From Eledone cirrhosa (lineage: Eukaryota), in assembly GCA_964016885.1 (NCBI GenBank), contig OZ024745.1, positions 3,100,001-3,164,000 on the forward strand: a DNA stretch of 64,000 nt. Reading direction: 5' to 3'. A model generated the notes under the pieces. That model had not been told where the DNA came from. It did no database searches and saw only the letters and a program-made list of their open reading frames with translations. Position numbers and translations under genes: made by a program. This document shows positions 1-15,000 of this stretch, one piece after another (position 1 is the stretch's first letter; each line of letters begins with the position of its first letter).

Positions 1-3000
1 TTAGAATAGGTACACTGTATCCCTGTATGTTGTAATACCATATATACCTAGTTTAGAATAGGTACACTGTATCCCTGTATGTTGTAATACCATGTATATC
101 TAGTTTAGAATAGGTACACTGTATCCCTGTATGTTGTAATACCATGTATATCTATTTTAGAATAGGTACACTGTATCCCTGTATGTTGTAATACCATGTA
201 TATCTAGTTTAGAATAGGTACACTGTATCCCTGTATGTTGTAATACCATGTATATCTAGTTTAGAATAGGTACACTGTATCCCTGTATTTTGAAATACCA
301 TGTATATCTAGTTTAGAATAGGTTCACTGTATCCATGTCTCATAATACCATATATACCTAGTTTGGAATAGGTACACTGTATCGCTGTACGTTGTAATAC
401 CATATATACCTACTTTATAATAGGTACACTGTATCCCTGTATGTTGTAATACCATGTATATCTAGTTTAGAATAGGTACACTGTATCCCTGTATGTTGTA
501 ATACCATGTGTATCGAATTTAGAATAGGTACACTGTATCACTGTATGTTGTAATACCATGCATATCTAGTTTAGAATAGGTACACTGTATCCCTGTATGT
601 TGTAATACCATGTATATCTAGTTTAGAATAGGTACACTGTATCACTGTATGTTGTAATACTATGTATATCTGGTTTAGAATAGGTACACTGTATCCCTGT
701 ATGTTGTAATACCATATATATCTAGTTTAGAATAGGTACACTGTATCCCTGTGTGTGTAATACCATGTATATCTAGTGTAAAATAGGTACACTGTATCCC
801 TGTATGTTGCAATACCATATATATCTAGTTTAGAATAGGTACACTGTATCCCTGTATGTTGTAATACCATGTATATCTAGTTTAGAATAGGTACACTGTA
901 TCCCTGTATGCTATAATACCATGTATATCTAGTTTAGAATAGGTACACTGTATCGCTGTATGTTGTAATACCATATATACCTAGGTTAGAATAGGTACAC
1001 TGTATCCCTGTATGTCATAATACCATGTATATCTAGTTTAGAATAGGTACACTGTATCCCTGTATGTTGTAATACGATATATACCTAGTTTAGGATAGGT
1101 ACACTGTATCCCTGTATGTCATAATACCATATATATCTAGTTTAGAATAGGTACACTATATCCCTGTATGTTGTAAACCATGTATATCTAGTTTAAAATA
1201 GGTACACTGTATCCATGTCTCATAATACCATATATACCTAGTTTATAATAGGTACACCGTATCCCTGTATGTTGTAATAACATGTATATCTAGTTTAGAA
1301 TAGGTACACTGTATCCCTGTATGTCATAATACAATATATATCTAGTTTAGAATAGGTACAGTGTATCCCTGTATGTTGTAATACCATATATATCTAGTTT
1401 AGAATAGGTACACTGTATCCCTGTATGTTGTAATACCATATATACCTAGTTTAGGATAGGTACACTGTATCCATGTATGTCATAATACCATATATATCTA
1501 GTTTAGAATAGGTACACTCTATCCCTGTATGTTGTAATACCATATATACCTAGTTTAGAATAGGTACACTGTATCCCTGTATGTTGTAATACCATATATA
1601 TCTAGTTTAAAATAGGTACACTGTATCCCTGTACGTTGTAATATCATGTATACCTAGTTTAGAATAGGTACACTGTATCCCTGTATGTTGTAATACAATG
1701 TATATCTAATTTAGAATAGGTACACTGTATCCCTGTATGTTGTAATACCATGTATATTTAGTTTAGAATAGGTACACTGTATCCCTGTGTGTTGTAAGAC
1801 GATATATACCTAGTTTAGAATAGGTACACTGTATCCCTGTATGTTGTAATACCATGTATATCTAGTTTAGAATAGGTACACTGTATCCCTGTATGTTGTA
1901 ATACAATGTATATCTAATTTAGAATAGGTACACTGTATCCCTGTATGTTGTAAGACCATGTATATCTAGTTTAAAATAGGTACACTGTATCCATGTCTCA
2001 TAATACCATATATACCTAGTTTATAATAGGTACACCGTATCCCTGTATGTTGTAATACCATGTATACCTAGTTTAGAATAGGTACACTGTATCCCTGTAT
2101 GTTGTAATAACATGTATATCTAGTTTAGAATAGGTACACTGTATCACTGTATGTCATAATACCATATATATCTAGTTTAGAATAGGTACACTGTATCCCT
2201 GTATGTTGTAATACCATATATACCTAGTTTAGGATAGGTACACTGTATCCCTGTATGTCATAATACCATATATATCTAGTTTAGAATAGGTACACTGTAT
2301 CCCTGTATGTTGTAATACCATATATACCTAGTTTAGAATAGGTACACTGTATCCCTGTATGTTGTAATACCATATATATCTAGTTTAGAATAGGTACGCT
2401 GTATCCCTGTACGTTGTAATATCATGTATACCTAGTTTAGAATAGGTACACTGTATCCCTGTATGTTGTAATACCATGTATATCTAGTTTAGAATAGGTA
2501 CACTGTATCCCTGTATGTTGTAATACCATGTATATCTAGTTTAGAATAGGTACACTGTATCCCTGTATGTTGTAATACCATGTATATCTAGTTTAGAATA
2601 GGTACACTGTATCTCTGTATGTTGAAATACCATGTATATCTAGTTTAGAATAGGTACACTGTATCCATGTCTCATAATACCATATATACCTAGTTTGGAA
2701 TAGGTACACTGTATCCCTGTATGTTGTAATACCATATATACCTAGTTTAGAATAGGTACACTGTATCCCTGTATGTTGTAATACCATGTATACCTAGTTT
2801 AGAATAGGTACACTGTATCCCTGTATGTCATAATACCATATATATCTAGTTTAGAATAGGTACACTGTATCCCTGTATGTTGTAAGACCATGTATATCTA
2901 GTTTAAAATAGGTATACTGTATCCCTGTATGTTGTAATACCATGTATATCTAGTTTAGAATAGGTACACTGTATCCCTGTATGTTGTAATACCATGTATA

Positions 3001-6000
3001 TCTAGTTTAGAATAGGTACACTGTATCACTGTATGTCATAATACCATGTATATCTAGTTTAGAATAGGTACGATGTATCCCTGTATGTTGTAATACCATA
3101 TATATCTAGTTTAGAATAGGTACACTGTATCCCTGTATGTTGTAATACCATGTATATCTAGTTTAGAATAGGTACACTGTATCCCTGTATGCTGTAATAC
3201 CATGTATATCTCGTTTAGAATAGGTACACTGTATCCCTGTATTTTGTAATACCATGTATATTTAGTTTAGAATAGGTACACTGTATCCCTGTATGTTGTA
3301 ATACCATGTATATCTAGTTTAGAATAGGTACACTGTATTCCTCTCTCATAATACCATATATATCTAGTTTAGAATAGGTACACTGTATCCCTGTGTGTTG
3401 TAAGACCATATATACCTAGTTTAGAATAGGTACACTGTATCCCTGTATGTTGTAATACCATGTATATCTAGTTTAGAATAGGTACACTGTATCCCTGTAT
3501 GTTGTAATACAATGTATATCTAATTTAGAATAGGTACACTGTATCCCTGTATGTTGTAATACCATATATACCTAGTTTAGGATAGGTACACTGTATCCCT
3601 GTATGTCATAATACCATATATATCTAGTTTAGAATAGGTACACTGTATCCCTGTATGTTGTAATACCATATATACCTAGTTTAGGATAGGTACACTGTAT
3701 CCCTGCATGTTGTAATACCATATATATCTAGTTTAGAATAGGTACACTGTATCCCTGTACGTTGTAATATCATGTATACCTAGTTTAGAATAGGTACACT
3801 GTATCCCTGTATGTTGTAATACCATGTATATCTAGTTTAGAATAGGTACACTGTATCCCTGTATGTTGTAATACCATGTATATCTAGTTTAGAATAGGTA
3901 CACTGTATCCCTGTATGTTGTAATACCATGTATATCTAGTTTAGAATAGGTACACTGTATCTCTGTATGTTGAAATACCATGTATATCTAGTTTAGAATA
4001 GGTACACTGTATCCATGTCTCATAATACCATATATACCTAGTTTGGAATAGGTACACTGTATCCCTGTATGTTCTAATACCATATATACCTAGTTTAGAA
4101 TAGGTACACTGTATCCCTGTACGTTGTAATACCATATATATCTAGTTTAGAATAGGTACACTGTATCCCTGTATGTTGTAATACCATGTATATCTAGTTT
4201 AGAATAGGTACACTGTATCCCTGTATGCTGTAATACCATGTATATCTAGTTTAGAATAGGTACACTGTATCCCTGTATGTTGTAATACCATGTATATTTA
4301 GTTTAGAATAGGTACACTGTATCCCTGTATGTTGTAATACCATGCATATCTAGTTTAGAATAGGTACACTGTATTCCTCTCTCATAATACCATATATATC
4401 TAGTTTAGAATAGGTACACTGTATCCCTGTGTGTTGTAAGACCATATATACCTAGTTTAGAATAGGTACACTGTATCCCTGTATGTTGTAATACCATGTA
4501 TATCTAGTTTAGAATAGGTACACTGTATCCCTGTATGTTGTAATACAATGTATATCTAATTTAGAATAGGTACACTGTATCGCTGTATGTTGTAATACCA
4601 TGTATATCTAGTTTAGAATAGGTACACTGTATCCCTGTATGTTGTAATATCATGTATATCTAGTTTAGAAGAGGTACACTGTATCCCTGTATGTCATAAG
4701 ACCATGTATACCTAGTTTAGAATAGGTACACTGTATCCCTGTATGTTGTAATACCATGTATATCTAGTTTAGAATAGGTACACTGTATCCCTGTATGTTG
4801 TAATACCATGTATATCTAGTTTAGAATAGGTACAATGTATCCCTGTATGTTGTAATACCATGTATATCTAGTTTAGAATAGGTACACTGTATCGCTGTAT
4901 GTTGTAATACCATGTATATCTAGTTTAGAATAGGTACACTGTATCCCTGTATGTTGTAATACCATGTATATCTAGTTTAGAAGAGGTACACTGTATCCCT
5001 GTATGTCATAAGACCATGTATACCTAGTTTAGAATAGATACACTGTATCCCTGTATGTTGTAATACCATGTATATCTAGTTTAGAATAGGTACACTGTAT
5101 CCCTGTATGTTGTAATACCATGTATATCTAGTTTAGAATAGGTACACTGTACCCCTGTATGTTGTAAGACCATGTATATCTAGTTTAAAATAGGTACACT
5201 GTATCCCTGTATGTTGTAATACCTTGTATATCTAGTTTAGAATAGGTACACTCTATCGCTGTATGTTGTAATACCATATATACCTAGGTTAGAATAGGTA
5301 CACTGTATCCCTGTATGTCATAATACCATGTATATCTAGTTTAGAATAGGTACACTGTATCCCTGTATGTTGTAATACCATATATACCTAGTTTAGGATA
5401 GGTACACTGTATCCCTGTATGTCATAATACCATATATATCTAGTTTAGAATAGCTACACTGTATCCCTGTATGTTGTAAGACCATGTATATCTAGTTTAA
5501 AATAGGTACACTGTATCCATGTCTCATAATACCATATATACCTAGTTTAGAATAGGTACACTGTATCCCTGTATGTTGTAATACCATGTATACCTAGTTT
5601 AGAATAGGTACATTGTATCCCTGTATGTTGTAATAACATGTATATCTAGTTTAGAATAGGTACACTGTATCCCTGTATGTCATAATACCATATATATCTA
5701 GTTTAGAATAGGTACACTGTATCGCTGTATGTTGTAATACCATATATATCTAGTTTAGAATAGGTACACTGTATCCCTGTATGTTGTAATACCATATATA
5801 CCTAGTTTAGGATAGGTACACTGTATCCCTGTATGTCATAATACCATATATATCAAGTTTAGAATAGGTACACTGTATCCCTGTATGTTGTAATACCATA
5901 TATACCTAGTTTAGAATAGGTACACTGTATCCCTGTATGTTGTAATACCATGTATATCTAGTTTAGAATAGGTACACTGTATCCCTGTATGTTGTAATAC

Positions 6001-9000
6001 CATGTATATCTATTTTAGAATAGGTACACTGTATCCCTGTATGTTGTAATACCATGTATATCTAGTTTAGAATAGGTACACTGTATCCCTGTATGTTGTA
6101 ATACCATGTATATCTAGTTTAGAATAGGTACACTGTATCCCTGTATTTTGAAATACCATGTATATCTAGTTTAGAATAGGTACACTGTATCCATGTCTCA
6201 TAATACCATATATACCTAGTTTGGAATAGGTACACTGTATCCCTGTACGTTGTAATACCATATATACCTACTTTATAATAGGTACACTGTATCCCTGTAT
6301 GTTGTAATACCATGTATACCTAGTTTAGAATAAGTACACTGTATCCCTGTATGTCATAATACCATATATATCTAGTTTAGAATAGGTACACTGTATCCCT
6401 GTATGTTGTAAGACCATGTATATCTAGTTTAAAATAGGTATACTGTATCCCTGTATGTTGTAATACCATGTATATCTAGTTTAGAATAGGTACACTGTAT
6501 CCCTGTCTCATAATACCATATATACCTAGTTTGGAATAGGTGCACTGTATCCCTGTATGTCATAATACCATATATATCTAGTTTAGAATAGGTACACTGT
6601 ATCCCTGTATGTTGTAATACCATGTATATCTAGTTTAGAATAGGTACACTGTATCCCTGTATGTTGTAATACCATGTATATCTAGTTTAGAATAGGTACA
6701 CTGTATCCCTGTCTCATAATACCATATACACCTAGTTTGGAATAGGTACACTGTATCCCTGTATGTTGTAATACCATGTGTATCTAGTTTAGAATAGGTA
6801 CACTGTATCCCTGTCTCATAATACCATATATACCTAGTTTAGAATAGGTACACTGTATCCCTGTATGTCATAATACCATATATATCTAGTTTAGAATAGG
6901 TACACTGTATCCCTGTATGTTGTAATACCATGTATATCTAGTTTAGAATAGGTACACTGTATCCCTGTATGTTGTAATACCATGTATATCTAGTTTAGAA
7001 TAGGTACACTGTATCCCTGTATGTCATAATACCATGTGTATCTAGTTTAGAATAGGTACACTGTATCCCTGTATGTTGTAATACCATGTATATCTAGTTG
7101 AGAATAGGTACACTGTATCCCTGTATGTAGTAATACCATGTATATCTAGTTTAGAATAGGTACACTGTATCCCAGTATGTTGTAATACCATGTATATCTT
7201 GTTTAGAATAGGTACACTGTATCCCTGTATGTTGTAATACCATGTATATCTAGTTTAGAATAGGTACACTGTATCCCTGTATGTTGTAATACCATGTATA
7301 TCTAGTTTAGAATAGGTACACTGTATCCCTGTATGTTGTAATACCATGTATATCTAGTTTACAATAGGTACACTGTATCCCTGTATGTTGTAATACCATG
7401 TTTATCTAGTTTAGAATAGGTACACTGTATCCCTGTATGCTGTAATACCATGTATATCTAGTTTAGAATAGGTACACTGTATCCCTGTATGTTGTAATAC
7501 CATGTATATCTAGTTTAGAATAGGTACACTGTATCCCTGTATGTTGTAATACCATGTATATCTAGTTTAGAATAGGTACACTGTATCCCTGTATGTTGTA
7601 ATACCATGTATATCTAGTTTAGAATAGGTACACTGTATCCCTGTATGTCATAAGACCATGTATACCTAGTTTAGAATAGGTACACTGTATCCCTGTATGT
7701 TGTAATACCATGTATATCTAGTTTAGAATAGGTACACTGTATCCCTGTATGTTGTAATACCATGTATATCTAGTTTAGAATAGGTACACTGTATCCCTGT
7801 ATGTTGTAAGACCATGTATATCTAGTTTAAAATAGGTACACTGTATCCCTGTATGTTGTAATACCTTGTATATCTAGTTTAGAATAGGTACACTGTATCC
7901 CTGTATGTTGTAATACCATATATATCTAGTTTAGAATAGGTACACTGTATCTCTGTATGTTGTAATACCATGTACATCTAGTTTAGAATAGGTACACTGT
8001 ATCCCTGTATGTTGTAATGCCATGTATATCTAGTTTAGAATAGGTACACTGTAACCCTGTATGTTGTAATACCATGTATATCTAGTTTAGAATAGGTACA
8101 CTGTATCCCTGTATGTTGTAATACCATGTATATCTAGTTTAGAATAGGTACACTGTATCCCTGTATGTCATAATACCATGTGTATCTAGTTTAGAATAGG
8201 TACACTGTATCCCTGTATGTTGTAATACCATGTATATCTAGTTGAGAATAGGTACACTGTATCCCTGTATGTAGTAATACCATGTATATCTAGTTTAGAA
8301 TAGGTACACTGTATCCCAGTATGTTGTAATACCATGTATATCTTGTTTAGAATAGGTACACTGTATCCCTGTATGTTGTAATACCATGTATATCTAGTTT
8401 AGAATAGGTACACTGTATCCCTGTATGTTGTAATACCATGTATATCTAGTTTAGAATAGGTACACTGTATCCCTGTATGTTGTAATACCATGTATATCTA
8501 GTTTACAATAGATACACTGTATCCCTGTATGTTGTAATACCATGTTTATCTAGTTTAGAATATGTACACTGTATCCCTGTATTCTGTAATACCATGTATA
8601 TCTAGTTTAGAATAGGTACACTGTATCCCTGTATGTTGTAATACCATGTATATCTAGTTTAGAATAGGTACACTGTATCCCTGTATGTTGTAATACAATG
8701 TATATCTAATTTAGAATAGGTACACTGTATCGCTGTATGTTGTAATACCATGTATATCTAGTTTAGAATAGGTACACTGTATCCCTGTATGTTGTAATAT
8801 CATGTATATCTAGTTTAGAAGAGGTACACTGTATCCCTGTATGTCATAAGACCATGTATACCTAGTTTAGAATAGGTACACTGTATCCCTGTATGTTGTA
8901 ATACCATGTATATCTAGTTTAGAATAGGTACACTGTATCCCTGTATGTTGTAATACCATGTATATCTAGTTTAGAATAGGTACAATGTATCCCTGTATGT

Positions 9001-12000
9001 TGTAATACCATGTATATCTAGTTTAGAATAGGTACACTGTATCGCTGTATGTTGTAATACCATGTATATCTAGTTTAGAATAGGTACACTGTATCCCTGT
9101 ATGTTGTAATACCATGTATATCTAGTTTAGAAGAGGTACACTGTATCCCTGTATGTCATAAGACCATGTATACCTAGTTTAGAATAGATACACTGTATCC
9201 CTGTATGTTGTAATACCATGTATATCTAGTTTAGAATAGGTACACTGTATCCCTGTATGTTGTAATACCATGTATATCTAGTTTAGAATAGGTACACTGT
9301 ACCCCTGTATGTTGTAAGACCATGTATATCTAGTTTAAAATAGGTACACTGTATCCCTGTATGTTGTAATACCTTGTATATCTAGTTTAGAATAGGTACA
9401 CTCTATCGCTGTATGTTGTAATACCATATATACCTAGGTTAGGATAGGTACACTGTATCCCTGTATGTCATAATACCATATATATCTAGTTTAGAATAGC
9501 TACACTGTATCCCTGTATGTTGTAAGACCATGTATATCTAGTTTAAAATAGGTACACTGTATCCATGTCTCATAATACCATATATACCTAGTTTAGAATA
9601 GGTACACTGTATCCCTGTATGTTGTAATACCATGTATACCTAGTTTAGAATAGGTACATTGTATCCCTGTATGTTGTAATAACATGTATATCTAGTTTAG
9701 AATAGGTACACTGTATCCCTGTATGTCATAATACCATATATATCTAGTTTAGAATAGGTACACTGTATCGCTGTATGTTGTAATACCATATATATCTAGT
9801 TTAGAATAGGTACACTGTATCCCTGTATGTTGTAATACCATATATACCTAGTTTAGGATAGGTACACTGTATCCCTGTATGTCATAATACCATATATATC
9901 AAGTTTAGAATAGGTACACTGTATCCCTGTATGTTGTAATACCATATATACCTAGTTTAGAATAGGTACACTGTATCCCTGTATGTTGTAATACCATGTA
10001 TATCTAGTTTAGAATAGGTACACTGTATCCCTGTATGTTGTAATACCATGTATATCTATTTTAGAATAGGTACACTGTATCCCTGTATGTTGTAATACCA
10101 TGTATATCTAGTTTAGAATAGGTACACTGTATCCCTGTATTTTGTAATACCATGTATATCTAGTTTAGAATAGGTACACTGTATCCCTGTATTTTGAAAT
10201 ACCATGTATATCTAGTTTAGAATAGGTACACTGTATCCATGTCTCATAATACCATATATACCTAGTTTGGAATAGGTACACTGTATCCCTGTACGTTGTA
10301 ATACCATATATACCTACTTTATAATAGGTACACTGTATCCCTGTATGTTGTAATACCATGTATACCTAGTTTAGAATAAGTACACTGTATCCCTGTATGT
10401 CATAATACCATATATATCTAGTTTAGAATAGGTACACTGTATCCCTGTATGTTGTAAGACCATGTATATCTAGTTTAAAATAGGTATACTGTATCCCTGT
10501 ATGTTGTAATACCATGTATATCTAGTTTAGAATAGGTACACTGTATCCCTGTCTCATAATACCATATATACCTAGTTTGGAATAGGTGCACTGTATCCCT
10601 GTATGTCATAATACCATATATATCTAGTTTAGAATAGGTACACTGTATCCCTGTATGTTGTAATACCATGTATATCTAGTTTAGAATAGGTACACTGTAT
10701 CCCTGTATGTTGTAATACCATGTATATCTAGTTTAGAATAGGTACACTGTATCCCTGTCTCATAATACCATATATACCTAGTTTGGAATAGGTACACTGT
10801 ATCCCTGTATGTTGTAATACCATGTGTATCTAGTTTAGAATAGGTACACTGTATCCCTGTCTCATAATACCATATATACCTAGTTTAGAATAGGTACACT
10901 GTATCCCTGTATGTCATAATACCATATATATCTAGTTTAGAATAGGTACACTGTATCCCTGTATGTTGTAATACCATGTATATCTAGTTTAGAATAGGTA
11001 CACTGTATCCCTGTATGTTGTAATACCATGTATATCTAGTTTAGAATAGGTACACTGTATCCCTGTATGTCATAATACCATGTGTATCTAGTTTAGAATA
11101 GGTACACTGTATCCCTGTATGTTGTAATACCATGTATATCTAGTTGAGAATATGTACACTGTATCCCTGTATGTAGTAATACCATGTATATCTAGTTTAG
11201 AATAGGTACACTGTATCCCAGTATGTTGTAATACCATGTATATCTTGTTTAGAATAGGTACACTGTATCCCTGTATGTTGTAATACCATGTATATCTAGT
11301 TTAGAATAGGTACACTGTATCCCTGTATGTTGTAATACCATGTATATCTAGTTTAGAATAGGTACACTGTATCCCTGTATGTTGTAATACCATGTATATC
11401 TAGTTTACAATAGGTACACTGTATCCCTGTATGTTGTAATACCATGTTTATCTAGTTTAGAATAGGTACACTGTATCCCTGTATGCTGTAATACCATGTA
11501 TATCTAGTTTAGAATAGGTACACTGTATCCCTGTATGTTGTAATACCATGTATATCTAGTTTAGAATAGGTACACTGTATCCCTGTATGTTGTAATACCA
11601 TGTATATCTAGTTTAGAATAGGTACACTGTATCCCTGTATGTTGTAATACCATGTATATCTAGTTTAGAATAGGTACACTGTATCCCTCTATGTCATAAG
11701 ACCATGTATACCTAGTTTAGAATAGGTACACTGTATCCCTGTATGTTGTAATACCATGTATATCTAGTTTAGAATAGGTACACTGTATCCCTGTATGTTG
11801 TAATACCATGTATATCTAATTTAGAATAGGTACACTGTATCCCTGTATGTTGTAAGACCATGTATATCTAGTTTAAAATAGGTACACTGTATCCCTGTAT
11901 GTTGTAATACCTTGTATATCTAGTTTAGAATAGGTACACTGTATCCCTGTATGTTGTAATACCATATATATCTAGTATAGAATAGGTACACTGTATCTCT

Positions 12001-15000
12001 GTATGTTGTAATACCATGTACATCTAGTTTAGAATAGGTACACTGTATCCCTGTATGTTGTAATGCCATGTATATCTAGTTTAGAATAGGTACACTGTAA
12101 CCCTGTATGTTGTAATACCATGTATATCTAGTTTAGAATAGGTACACTGTATCCCTGTATGTTGTAATACCATGTATATCTAGTTTAGAATAGGTACACT
12201 GTATCCCTGTATGTTGTAATACCATGTATATCTAGTTTAGAATAGGTACACTGTATCCCTGTATGTCATAATACCATGTGTATCTAGTTTAGAATAGGTA
12301 CACTGTATCCCTGTATGTTGTAATACCATGTATATCTAGTTGAGAATAGGTACACTGTATCCCTGTATGTAGTAATACCATGTATATCTAGTTTAGAATA
12401 GGTACACTGTATCCCAGTATGTTGTAATACCATGTATATCTTGTTTAGAATAGGTACACTGTATCCCTGTATGTTGTAATACCATGTATATCTAGTTTAG
12501 AATAGGTACACTGTATCCCTGTATGTTGTAATACCATGTATATCTAGTTTAGAATTGGTACACTGTATCCCTGTATGTTGTAATACCATGTATATCTAGT
12601 TTACAATAGGTACACTGTATCCCTGTATGTTGTAATACCATGTTTATCTAGTTTAGAATATGTACACTGTATCCCTGTATTCTGTAATACCATGTATATC
12701 TAGTTTAGAATAGGTACACTGTATCCCTGTATGTTGTAATACCATGTATATCTAGTTTAGAATAGGTACACTGTATCCCTGTATGTTGTAATACCATGTA
12801 TATCTAGTTTAGAATAGGTACACTGTATCCCTGTATGTTGTAATACCATGTATATCTAGTTTAGAATAGGTACACTGTATCCCTGTATGTCATAAGACCA
12901 TGTATACCTAGTTTAGAATAGGTACACTGTATCCCTGTATGTTGTAATACCATGTATATCTAGTTTAGAATAGGTACACTGTATCCCTGTATGTTGTAAT
13001 ACCATGTATATCTAGTTTAGAATAGGTACACTGTATCCCTGTATGTTGTAAGACCATGTATATCTAGTTTAAAATAGGTACACTGTATCCCTGTATGTTG
13101 TAATACCTTGCATATCTAGTTTAGAATAGGTACGCTGTATCCCTGTATGTTGTAATACCATATATATCTAGTTTAGAATAGGTACACTGTATCTCTGTAT
13201 GTTGTAATACCATGTACATCTAGTTTAGAATAGGTACACTGTATCCCTGTATGTTGTAATGCCATGTATATCTAGTTTAGAATAGGTACACTGTAACCCT
13301 GTATGTTGTAATACCATGTATATCTAGTTTAGAATAGGTACACTGTATCCCTGTATGTTGTAATACCATCTATATCTAGTTTAGAATAGGTACACTGTAT
13401 CCCTGTATGTTGTAATACCATGTGTATCTAGTTTAGAATAGGTACACTGTATCCCTGTATGTTGTAATACCATGTATATCTAGTTTAGAATAGGTACACT
13501 GTATCCCTGTATGTTCTAATACCATGTGTATCGAGTTTAGAATAGGTACACTGTATCACTGTATGTTGTAATACCATGCATATCTAGTTTAGAATAGGTA
13601 CACTGTATCCCTGTATGTTGTAATACCATGCATATCTAGTTTAGAATAGGTACACTGTATCACTGTATGTTGTAATACTATGTATATCTGGTTTAGAATA
13701 GGTACACTGTATCCCTGTATGTTGTAATACCATATATATCTAGTTTAGAATAGGTACACTGTATCCTTGTGTGTTGTAATACCATGTATATCTAGTTAAA
13801 AATAGGTACACTGTATCCCTGTATGTTGTAATACCATGTATATCTAGTTTAGAATAGGTACACTGTACCCCTGTATGTCATAAGACCATGTATACCTAGT
13901 TTAGAATAGGTACACTGTATCCCTGTCTGTTGTAATACCATGTATATCTAGTTTAGAATAGGTAGACTGTATCCCTGTATGTTTTAAGACCATGTATATC
14001 TAGTTTAGCATAGGTAAACTGTATCCCAGTATGTTGTAATACCATGTATATCTAGTGTAGAATAGGTACACTGTATCCCTGTATGTTGTAATACCATGTA
14101 TATCTAGTTTAGAATAGGTACACTGTATCCCTGTATGTTGTAAGACCATGTATATCTAGTTTAAAATAGGTATACTGTATCCCTGTATGTTGTAATACCA
14201 TGTATATCTAGTTTAGAATAGGTACACTGTATCCCTGTCTCATAATACCATATATACCTAGTTTGGAATAGGTGCACTGTATCCCTGTATGTCATAATAC
14301 CATATATATCTAGTTTAGAATAGGTACACTGTATCCCTGTATGTTGTAATACCATGTATATCTAGTTTAGAATAGGTACACTGTATCCCTGTATGTTGTA
14401 ATACCATGTATATCTAGTTTAGAATAGGTACACTGTATCCCTGTCTCATAATACCATATATACCTAGTTTGGAATAGGTACACTGTATCCCTGTATGTTG
14501 TAATACCATGTGTATCTAGTTTAGAATAGGTACACTGTATCCCTGTCTCATAATACCATATATACCTAGTTTAGAATAGGTACACTGTATCCCTGTATGT
14601 CATAATACCATATATATCTAGTTTAGAATAGGTACACTGTATCCCTGTATGTTGTAATACCATGTATATCTAGTTTAGAATAGGTAAACTGTATCCCAGT
14701 ATGTTGTAATACCATGCATATCTAGTTTAGAATAGGTACACTGTATCCCTGTATGTTGTAATACCATGTATATCTAGTTTAGAATAGGTACACTGTATCC
14801 CTGTATGTTGTAATACCATGTATATCTAGTTTAGAATAGGTACACTGTATCCCTCTATGTTGTAATACCATGTATATCTAGTTTAGAATAGGTACACTGT
14901 ATCCCTGTATGTTGTAATACCATGTATATCTAGTTTAGAATAGGTACACTGTATCCCTGTATGTTGTAATACCATGTATATCTAGTTTAGAATAGGTACA

